A program made the position numbers and the translations under genes. From Antedon mediterranea (taxonomy: Eukaryota; Animalia; Echinodermata): 64,000 bases of DNA. The stretch spans positions 23,977,432 to 24,041,431 of the forward strand of contig NC_092679.1 of NCBI RefSeq assembly GCF_964355755.1. The letters run 5' to 3'. The notes beneath the pieces were generated by a model that was not told the DNA's origin, did no database searches, and worked only from the letters and a program-made list of their open reading frames with translations. Below are positions 14,201 to 26,200 of the stretch, piece by piece; positions within the stretch are counted from its first letter, which is position 1; each line of letters starts with the position of its first letter.

Positions 14201-17200
14201 TTGTTAGACCATTATCTGGAGATGACTATCGTTAGACCATTATCTAGAGATGACTATCGTTAGACCATTATCTAGAGATGACTATCGTTAGACCATTATC
14301 TGGAGATGGCTATCGTTAGACCATTATCTAGAGATGAATATCGTTAGACCATTATCTAGAGATGACTATTGTTAGACCATTATCTGGAGATGACTATCGT
14401 TAGACCATTATCTAGAGATGACTATCGTTAGACCATTATCTAGAGATGACTAACGTTAGACCATTATCTAGAGATGACTATCGTTAGACCATTATCTAGA
14501 GATGACTATCGTTAGACCATTATCTAGAGATGACTATCGTTAGACCATTATCTAGAGATGACTATCGTTAGACCATTATCTAGAGATGACTATCGTTAGA
14601 CCATTATCTAGAGATGACTATCGTTAGACCATTATCTGGAGATGGCTATCGTTAGACCATTATCTAGAGATGAATATCGTTAGACCATTATCTGGAGATG
14701 ACTATCGTTAGACCATTATCTAGAGATGACTATCGTTAGACCATTATCTAGAGATGGCTATCGTTAGACCATTATCTGGAGAGTTGTAATCAATCATATT
14801 ACAGTCAATATCTGTATAATAACCTTTCGATTTTTTTTCAGGGTTAACATACTCCTATTCTTTTTATGGTTAATCAGTGCTTTTTGATAATTCTTGTTTT
14901 CAAATGACATAACATTTACTGCATTTTGTTTTGGTAGATGAAAGAAGGAAAGGTATGGTACGCCAACGATCGTTTCCAGAAGACGATAGATCTGAAAAGA
15001 ATCGACTAATCCGAAGTAGTAGTACGGGGGATGTTCACCAGGCAGCAGCTATTACCCGTTTACAAGGTAAATGAATATATTTAGAAAAAAACAAATATTC
15101 ATTCTTTAAAAGTATAAACAGAAGGTAAATTAGGAATTTTAAAAAAGAAATGAGTTCCACGACTGGTAATATAACTAAACTCTTACCCATAACAGCCCAA
15201 TTGAAACGCTCAGTAGTTATCAAAATTCAAAATACTTAACTCCTTTGTTTTTTAAATTTTTTATTTTAGAAATGCCTCTTTATACTACCAATTGTATGAG
15301 AAAGGCATTTACAGAAAGTGAAATCCGGTTAATATCAAGCGATTTTAACGAAGAAGATGTAGGGGAAAATGGTACGTTTATCTCATTTATTTGCAATCAC
15401 TTAGACGAAAAAAATGAGACCAAAGAATGTGATGATGGTAAAAATACAAGATGAAATTGGTATTGGTGTATTGATGAGGATCAAAATGATAAGTAAAACC
15501 TTTCATACCCAGGTAATGGTAAACGGCGCCCCTGACTTAACCGCTCGGCCGTTTTGACTCGCTAACTTCCATCATGTAAAACTTCATCCAAGAAAACTAA
15601 TTCTGTTGAATGTAAGCAAGAAGCTTGGCTACATAATACTACTAATCCCGGCCAATTTCTAACCAGGTATTAATTTGTCATATTTTTATATATTTTTGTA
15701 GATGATACGATAAATGAGGATGATAACTATCAAGGCCGGACGACAGAGGATGGTATGAGCCTAGCCAGTTCAGAAATCACAGATCCAAGTAACACAGAGA
15801 GTTGCAGGCTCACACCTACAAGTCTATCTGATGTCCTAGATCCCCAGGCCCCTATCTTACACACATGCTCTAACCATTCTATCTCCCTGCTGGGCTCCTT
15901 TTCAGCTGTTTCTCCAATGGAAGATTCCGTTTCGTTAGAAGATCAGGTAAATGCTGAATTTAAGAATCGTCTGCTGTTGAGACAACATAATAAAGAAGAG
16001 GATGAAGACATGCAATATGAAGATGGTAATAGTTTATTTCTTTAACTCATGTTTATTTCATCTTCTGGTTATGCTAAGAATTCACTTGCACTGATGAAGG
16101 GCTAGTGTTGCCCGAAAGCTCTGCTAACTTTTCTGACTGTTTTACTTTATCGTTTTGATTTAGCTTTTCGCTTTTTTTTTGTATCTCCATTGAGATCCAG
16201 CCACTGATACCCACAGCATTGTCATTTTTTCAGTTATTTGCCTTTGGATTTAAATAATATAATAATAATAATGTAAATTTGAATTAAATTGGGAAACCAT
16301 GTGCTGATTTTTATTACCTTTGTTCAGAAATGCTAGTTCCAGATACAAGCATAATATCAGGTGGTAACCGAGCTGGCTGGTTACCTGACGTTGCCGTGGT
16401 GCTATGGAAACGGATGCTTGGTATCCTTGGAGATGTAAACAAGATCTCTAATCCACGTCTCCATGCGGAAGTCATGGACTGTCTTTGTGAATATTGGCAA
16501 ATGTTAGCAAAGATGCGTGAAAATCTTGGAATTAGTACGGATAACCAGACAACACCACCGCCACCAGTATTTATACCACCTCTTAAGATGTTCTCACCTT
16601 GGCTATTTCAGGTATGCTATATATTAATTTGACAGGCATAGGGAAACTCTAAAGCACCTATTGTCATTATGATATTTATTTATCTATTTCAATTTATTAA
16701 TTTAAAGGGGCTTTGCGTCTAAAGTTTATAACCCCATTCACAACTTAAAATAATTTTGTATTTCATCATGGTAATTTTGTATTTACTTTGTATTTAATAT
16801 TCCAAACATAATTATTTATGTATACTTTTAATCTGAGATTGTGGATAAAGTATATATATACTGGAAATTGATCAATGAATTAATTTTGAAATAGTAAAGA
16901 TTAGGAAATATGTGAAAATGCGAAAAATCCGGAGAGACTCGAACCCAAAACCTTCTGCTTGATATGTAGACATCCTACCATATCACCACTAAGTGTTCAT
17001 GGTATGGTTCACATAAAATGAAGTAGGAACTCTTTAATATTTTGGTAGGGTAAGAACAAGACTAGTTCCCGTGTGTATGTTTGTACATAAAGCAAATGAT
17101 CATTTTATTGTATGTTAATTCACAAGGCGGAATATTTCGTAGACATGTCTTATACATAAATTTTACAGCCATAGAAATTCTATAAATATGCAGAACAAAT

Positions 17201-20200
17201 TAAACTTATATCTTTTTGTGTTTTTATTTTGAATTTCAAAAATTTAGTATATTATTCTAATATAATTTCTTTTGTAGGCAACATATTTATCAGATCGGTT
17301 TCAGAAAGGTCGTTTATTTGCGTACAAGTTGTTATGCATGATGACCGTTAGACGACATGACCATCCGCTACCTCAAGATCATCTCCTTCATTTCTATCGT
17401 GTCTTACATTTTGGTCTGGTTGGAACTGACCAGGTGAGTATTTTTTTGTTCTTTTTAAAATCTCATATGTTTGTAAAATAATATACTAAATTATTCCATG
17501 GTAAAAACCAAACAAAAAAACATTAATAGAAAATGTATACATAACTGATTTTTTTACTTATTTATCTTTTTATTATTTTAGGAGATAATCAATATTATCA
17601 TACAGCATTCGGCTCCAGCGTTCTTCTCTTGCCAGTTGCCAGGGGCAACAATGTTGATTTTAGATTTCATCCAGGCAGCCAACATGATTTCAGCAACAAT
17701 AGACTTGGATGTAAGTATACTCCCAACGAGGGAATTACTTGGGCTGGCTCAAATTTGAAGTCTTAAAATTTAATATAACTTTTGTTTGACGTACTCTTTG
17801 TTTCTTTTTCTCCAGGCACCAAGGACTGAAGCTATTTCACTAATTGGATCACTGGTTTGTTTTCCTAATTTATTTTGTGAGATACCGTTACTGCAACCGT
17901 CCTCAAAGGAGATTTCAACTATGACCTGTGGGGATGTAAAGGTAAACATTCTATATATTATTTCCTTAAGATTTATGTGCCCAAATATGGTAGTGATATG
18001 CTCAAATATGGTAGTTATATGACATCATCATGTCCATATATGGGCACATCACTTTTTTTTGTCACATAAAATTTGATAGTGTAGACAGAGCTTTATATAG
18101 CCTAACCAGGAACACAAGTCAAACTGGTTAAATTTTATATTCAAATATATACTCAAAATCAGACTAAACTTTTTTTTATATTGCCTTGTAAATGAACGCA
18201 GCACACCGTCTTATGAACTTGTTTATCTTTGTAATTCATTCTTTATAAATGTGCCAATTCATTCTTTTTGTATTCGCATTTTCTGCAATGAAATTGATTC
18301 AACAATAATATTTGTTTACAATAAACTTTCTACATTTTTTAAGGACCATCTTATCACAATTCTGCTGAAATGTGGTCGACGTGAACCAAGCTGTGAGGCT
18401 CGTTGCATTGCTATTTGCAGTATCGGCATATTCCTGTTTGAGGAACTTGTACATTGTACGTTTCATTACAAGATCAAGGAAGCAATTAATGTCTTACTAG
18501 CTTGCTTAAAGGTAACACATTTCAAAACAAATCAGTTTGAGTTGTATAGTGATTACAAATTTTTTAATTTGTACGAAAAAGTGTTTTAAAATTTTTTTTT
18601 AAATTTCAGTTTAATTATAAACTTGTTGCTCAAGTGGCGTGTGATATGTTGTTACTTGTGAGTAGCAGAGCAGATAGGCTGGGTCATCATTATCCAGAAA
18701 TGCCAAAGAAAATTATAGAGGTATTGTACTGTTTTTGTCTTAAGTTCAACTTTATTTACACACTGAGGGCCAAATCTTCCATTCAAAAATACTAATTAAA
18801 CAAACTTTAAATATAAAAAAAAATTTAAAAAAAAATTTCTTAAGTTTAAATGACTGGTAGAATTATGAATAAATGTTTGCACTAAGTGTTAAAGTAACAT
18901 AAGTCACTTCTATGTATAAATATATTAATAATCTATGTATTTGTGTTTGTATTAGGTTCTTTCAATGACAATATCAGGTTTACAGTTAAATACTGAACTC
19001 AGTGATGTAGATGAAGATAAAAAGGTATATAGTGTTTCATTTAATAAAATAAATAATATATAAATTACAATCTAGACTTTGTTGCTAACATACTTTTAAA
19101 CCAATCAAACCAGATCTGTTAATGCTACCCCTATATTACAATACAAGGCCTAACAAAATGTTTTCCCATTTTTTCTAAAATGAATTTTTGAGAAATGAAT
19201 CTAGACCACAGCATCAATTGAGTTGGTCAGATTTTTTGATTTTTTTCTTACAGCATAAATACACTGTAGATTCACTCATGCATGCAATTTCTAATGCAAA
19301 AAAAAAAGTTGGTTTTTTAAATATATGTGAATGAATTGCCAAACAGCTCCTATCATTTTTTTGGCATGGAAATCCAAATACGCCATTGATTACCAATTCT
19401 GTGTTGTTTTTGTTTAGTTTTTAGTGTCATTAATGTTCTGTTTGTTGGAGTGGTGTATGGCAGTACCATTATCATCATTACGAGAACCAGCAGAAACCAA
19501 GCAATCCAAAGAAAAGGCTCCAATTATTCAGACAGTCTTCAAGGTAATTCTTACTGATATGTAAAGCTCTTTCTTACTTGTTGACTACTAGAGATGAGTG
19601 TACTGCGTTGAAACACCGGTTCTTGTCAGATCACCAAAGTTAGCGGTTGACCTGATGGGAGGTTATACAAAAATACTACGTTGGCTGCTGTATAGACTGT
19701 GTAATGATAAGGGAATGGACTAGTATGTGATAGGCATGGGTTTGAGCCATACTGATTGTATCCTTAGGGAAGATGCTTTACTCTCATTGCCTTGTCCTTC
19801 AGATGGGACGTAAAGCCGAAAAAGATGTGTTGATTTATTAAGCGCTGCACTGGCTGCCGTAAAGGGCTTAATCTGAATTTCCCGCTCAATTACAGTACTA
19901 CCTTTACCTTTTATTAAATGTAGAATCATCAGAATCGCCTTATATTGTGTTATGATGACCGCTTGTTTCTTGTAGATTGTCCAGTCATGTATTGTGTTAT
20001 GATGACCGCTTGTTTTCTTGTAGGTTGTCCAGTCATGTATTGTGTTATGATGACCGCTTGTTTTCTTGTAGGTTGTCCAATCATGTATTGTGTTATGATG
20101 ACCGCTTGTTTCTTGTAGGTTGTCCAATCAGTAGCAGAAGGACTTGAGGCAGGAACCAGGAACAGTATCAATCTGTCGGAGCTATCATCACCTGACTACG

Positions 20201-23200
20201 ATCCACATGTGACCTTGGAATCGTTAAAGGATGTTCACCAGGCGTATGTCAGAAGAAGTCCAACGCACTTTGACCCCAATGACCTCTTACCTAATGAAGG
20301 TATTCAACTTGTTTTTATTTTTGATAATTTATGTATTAAAAAATAAATTTTGAGGTCTCACTCAATTAAAAAATAAAAAAACAAAACAAATATTTGATTG
20401 ATTTTAAATTTAGATTTTACGTCTTTTAATTCAAGCTGGATTTTATCTTAGGAATATAAACAAAATGTAACAAGTTTAGTTTGAGAGAAAGAGAGAGAAA
20501 GAAAATAAAAATATTTACAAAGAAAGACATACAATGTGATATATGCTCTTCTATTTTTAAATTTGTTGTTGTCACAGGTAAGCCATCTATAGATGTTGAA
20601 GGTACTATTGACCAATCAGTGAGGGTTATACGTCTGGCGGCAACCACAGTAAGTGAATATGTTTTTATAGAATATGGTGATAGTGGTGGTAAAAATGTGC
20701 ACACTTATTTTTTAAAGACTCCTTTTAACTGTGGTTGACAAAAACGTTAATGTTTCTGTATGTGGGGTGTGTCCATGACAAAATAACTAATTGGTTTAAA
20801 ATTATAAAATCTTTAAAAATACAATTATATTACATTGATACTACAGGTCATGTGTCACCTTGTCAATCATTTAAATCAATTCCCATTGGACGGAGGATCA
20901 GCATGCTTGACTGCGAGCATCAACGAGTATGATGATATTCCTGATCTTGAACTGGATGAGATATCTCCCTCTATGTTCCAGTCGCCAAACATGCAATTCT
21001 TCGTTTACAACGAATCGGTTCTAGTGTCTGTTGTTGAGCTACCTGAAAATTATCAAGTTAGTTTACTTTTTTCTTTGAATCATGGAGTTATAGCTTTGAA
21101 GGTCTAAACTGAAAACTGTTAAAATGTTTACATGCCAACTGTACGCCTTTAAATCATACTGATGAACATTGTGTATACACATTTAACTTTTTTCTCTGTT
21201 GTGCAGTATGATTTTTTAGATGGTGATATGACAGGTGACCTCACTACAAGGTCAACGAGAGCTAGGCTCATCATACGAGATTGCAGTGGTAAATATTCAT
21301 GGGATGCCGCTATATTGTATGCTACGCCACCAGCTCCTGAACCAACTCCGACTGCCACCGGTGAGAAAAGACAATCAAACTCAAATTAGCAAAAGAAAAT
21401 GTTCCTATGAATTGGACCATATTTGACCTAAATAAATAGATAATACAGTTACATAATCACTTACATCATTTTTTAAAAGTTACATAGTGTTACACTTTCC
21501 ATGTTCAAGCTTCCAAGATCCCTATTCTCCTCCCACTCCTACTTAACAAAACTAATTTCTAATACACCTTATCTGTATTCACTGACTCCCCAGTCATCTT
21601 GTCTTTTCTGAATTTGTCATTTGTTTTCAAGCATTACAAATTCAACAACCATGTACAAACTCTAGCTTTTTATTTTCTTTGGATGAATAGCTTGAAATAA
21701 CTCATCATGGTTTTACTATTTGTCAGGTACTCTCCGTCCAGGCTACATCAATACCAGAGCATTATCACCTATAGAACAAAGTGTTGAGAGTACAACACCA
21801 GGACACCAGAAACAAAGCCTTGATGACTTACCAACATGGGAAGAAGATGAGACGGGAAACTGTGATATGATTGATGAGGTTAATAAGCTTTTATATATCT
21901 TTATTAATGTTTATTTATTTGTTTAAACTATGTACTAAAGCTCTGTATACACGATCAAACTTGTATGACAAAAAAAGGTGTGATGTCACGTGCCCAAATA
22001 TGGTAGTGATATTACATCATCGTATCCCATTTTTCAACACATAAAACTATTCTATCCAATGCACTCATAAGCATATATTATTTGTTTAGTATGTATAGAT
22101 AGTATATTTTAAAATGGTTTCTAATTAGATATGGTATTTATGATATCGTTAGCAGAATGAATACTGTATATGTTTACTAAACCTTTTTGTTTTTCTTGTA
22201 TAGCTTTTACAATACCTTGGATACACAAGCAGTGAATGTTTACTGAGACCAGGTATTCCACTTAATTTGCCATCACCTGGTCCTGAACAGATGCCAGTGG
22301 ATCTTGAATCACTCACTACGGAGAGTCTGCTACTGGAGAGCAGTCAAGAACAAGAGTACTACAAACAACATAAAACAGACAATAGGTAAATGATATTATT
22401 TAGGAAGTTTTGAATTATTTTCTTTTTATTTAAAAAATGTTCATGAAATTAAATTTTTCCTCCAATTGCCAAAATTAAATTAAGTAAATTATAAAAAAAC
22501 TTTTGATTTAGCATGATGATTACTGGTTCTCCAGGTGTCCATAACTGTATGTAATTCTACTATGCTGTTTTGTATCTGCACATTTTATTCAATATCCCCT
22601 GAGCAATTATCACCCAGACAACAACCCCCATAAGACAACTACCCTCTTTAGAACCCTCTTAGTAGGAGAAGTTGTCTAGTATTGGGGACTTTTTGATTTC
22701 AGTGAACCTGTATGACGTTCACGTCCATATGAATCGCAGTCGACTTTATTTCCATATTTCTGCAAAGCTAAGAATTATGCAACATATACTTTTACAAATA
22801 TATTGTATCAAACTTTATTTCAGAATGTCGGCTGAAGTTTTGAGTGAGACAGCATGTAAGGAACCATCATCCGCATTCCAACTATGCCGTCAACTGTTTA
22901 GTCAGTTAGGCTTCATGAACTGGGAGAAAAGGTAATTATTTCAAGACCCTTTTCACATCTGCATAATTTGTTGTAACCAGGTTTGATTTATTACACGTTT
23001 CATACAGAAGAAATCTTGGGAGAGAAAACATAGTTGTGCGCTATTTGATTACTATGATTGGTCAGTTTAATACCAGGGTAATATATATGTGCGCAGTAAC
23101 AACTTGGGACTTCTCAGAACAAAAACAGGCCTCTCATTGGTGTGTTTTTTACAAAATTGTCTTCACACTATGCAAACCTGGGTATAAGCTAAGAAATCAT

Positions 23201-26200
23201 CTTTTATTCAATGATTTCCAAATCAATCTAAGTTCCATTAAGTTTTTTTTTGGTGGGAATAACAATAAAGGCAAACAATTTACATTAGGTTTTTAAAAAA
23301 AATATATAAATTTGTGTTTAAATACTATATAATGTGCAATTTATTATGGATTTATTTTTAACTCAATTAAACAACAAGAAATTACGAATCTCTTTAATTT
23401 TGCTAGATTATTAAGTATTTATTCTTTTTTATCAACAGACCTCAGATGGGTGTTTTAAAGAAGAATGATAAATTGGCGAGGGAACTTAAAAACTTAGATT
23501 CAAGACAATGGTAAGTAGTTACTGTATAGTAGTTTAGTTTTCTTTTGTTGTTGTAAGTATATAAAAGAGTAATCTATAATTTACAATGTTTTTATATATT
23601 GTTAATTCATCAGATATTATCTATTGAACTGATATGGTTTTGTTTATTACAGTACAGTACATACAGCACTTTATGTTATGTTATTTATTTATTATTCAAC
23701 ATTTTTTGTTTTGTTTTTGACGTTATCAAATTTTTATTTTCTTTTAAGTTCTGTTTATTTAAGTTTCTGTTTATTTGTTAATTTTGTAGCTTAAGTTAGT
23801 TAAGATAAAAGGTACCAAGCTTGATTAGCTTCGGCTATATCTTGGCTACCTTTTGTATTAAATTGTTTTTTGTTTGATACAATAAAGAAGAGAGAATAAA
23901 GTTGTGGAGAATATTTGGTAAATGGTGGAACATGTCTAATACATGTTGTTTGTTTTCAGCCGGGAAACACACAAAATTGCAATATTTTACGTAGCAGAAG
24001 GCCAAGAGGATAAGAATTCTGTACTTCTGAACAATGGGGGCAGCAGACAGTATGAAGACTTTGTAGCAGCTTTGGCATGGGAGGTGAGTTGAATATTACA
24101 CAGATTATAATTATTTATTTATTATAATTATAAAGGTGAAAAATATTGTTGCCGATGCATTTTCTACCGTTTACATATTTGGAAAGTGTCTGATAAACCC
24201 ATTGGTTCTAAATAGTGCCCTCTAGTGTTTCCAATGCATGTTTTACATTCTTCATGCCTGGAAAGTGCTTGGCTAACCTGTTGATTCTAAATAGTGCCCT
24301 CTATGTTTGTATGTATTTTAATTATAGCACCCTCCGCTGTTTGGCCATGCTTTCATAAAGTCCCATGATATTTAAGTTTGTTGAGTTTGGATGTGTAATT
24401 AAAAGGAAATGAGCGCTACAACGATCTTACTACAAAAAAATGATTATGCCCTCTACTGTTTGGCTATGGTTTCATAAAGTCTGTCAATATTAAACATTTC
24501 TAAGTAATAGGATCCCTGTTCATTGTTTAGAGTTTAGATATGTAACTAAAAAAAATAATGATGGCCCTACGATACGATATTACTATATGAGAGGTGGCAA
24601 CTTTCTCCTGCCTAGATAGTTTACAGTAGGCCTATTTTAAGTCTATAGAGTGAACTACTGTAAAATAAGTATGTCAACTTAGGGACCTCAGTATACTATC
24701 TGTTCAAGGAACCATAATACATTGTATTTTCAGAATTCATTTTTTTGGGAATAAGCTTTCCATACAAATTCTTGAAAATTTTAAAATGATAAACTGACTG
24801 CAATTCTAAAAATAGTTCATCAATTTCTTTTTAACAACATTTTGATGTACTTTCCTTAATGACTATACCAGATGAAACCATATATCAGATATAAATATTT
24901 ATAAAATTAATGGAACCTCCTCTCATACTTGTATTGTAATCTGCTATTCATTTTTGATGATGAAATTAAATGTTTATATTTTAATTAAGTTGTGTGTTCC
25001 TTTTCGGGGGTTGATTTATAATACATTAAGATTGATTCCACAAATGTTTTCATTGAAAAAAAACGCTTCTTGCTTTAATACGTAAATGATTTTTTACAAT
25101 AAGTCTGCCAACAAACAAAAATGAATTTAAGTATTAATTTATATCATACATAGATTAGATAAAATAATTTTATTTTTGAATAAATAAAAAAATTAAATGA
25201 TGTGATTAGGAAACAAAGTTGCTCTTGCTTAAGATGTAAAATTCTGCAAAAAAAAATTATCGAATTTAAATTTAATTTAAATCATACATAAACAAGATCA
25301 AGTATAGTTATTGTGTATGTCGAAATAGAAGAGAAGTTAAATTAATTAATATAAAGTGCTTTAAATAAATAAAAAGATCTTGATTTAATACATAAAGATT
25401 TTTTTAATAAGTCTACGAACAAATAATAGAATTTTTATTAATTTAAATCACATAATCTAAAATATAATTATTGTGATTTTTTAAATTAAATTAAATTAAA
25501 TGATATAAAGTGCTTACTAAATAAATGAGGATAATTTAATTCATAGATTATTTTTTCACAATAAATTTTCAAATAAATAAAATAATAGAATTTAAATATT
25601 ATTTTATATCATACATAGACTAGATAAAATATGATATTATTCATCTTTGAAGAAACAAAAAATTGACAAAACAAAGTTGATATTGCTTTAAGCTGTAAAA
25701 TTCTGCGAACAAACAAAATTTGCAATTTCAACTTGTACATAGTCTACTAAAGTACAAAGTATAATAATTGTGTGTGTATAAATGAACAAGAAATTAAATT
25801 AATTGATATAAAGTGCTTCTAAATAAATGAAGATGATTTTGTAAAAGATTTTTTTACAAAAGGAAAAATAGAATTTACATAACACTAGATAAAACATGAT
25901 GTTATTAATTCTGCAATTCTGAATGAACGAGAAATTGAATTAATAGATAATGCTAACTAAATGAAGATGAGCTATTGTTATCTTTTTTTATTAAACTAAA
26001 TGGAAACAAATTGAATTTGTATTATTATGATATAATAGGCAGCCATCGGTGATCTCCATTCATCATACAAAGAAGATAAATTACTTTGTAAATTATATAA
26101 CTCTAAATGAAAACAGATTGAATCATAAAAATATACGTATTTTCTTATAGAGATATGTTACCCACCATTCTTAATTATTTTAAAAATATTAATTTGCCTC

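Noticed and set aside
13819-14782. CRISPR-like array (also the 62-, 65- and 68-bp arrays)
   Set aside because: Head-to-tail repeats with no unique spacers, no cas genes and a eukaryotic context.
16925-16992. tRNA gene on the minus strand (also 55815-55870 on plus)
   Set aside because: Only degenerate A/B-box-like remnants with no cloverleaf; probably SINE heads.
19595-19695. Functional 5S rRNA gene
   Set aside because: Internally deleted and diverged, and it runs into SINE-like sequence.
19720-20171. Minus-strand ORFs of 135 and 73 aa with repeated peptides
   Set aside because: Translations of the 47-48-bp repeat and the adjacent SINE.
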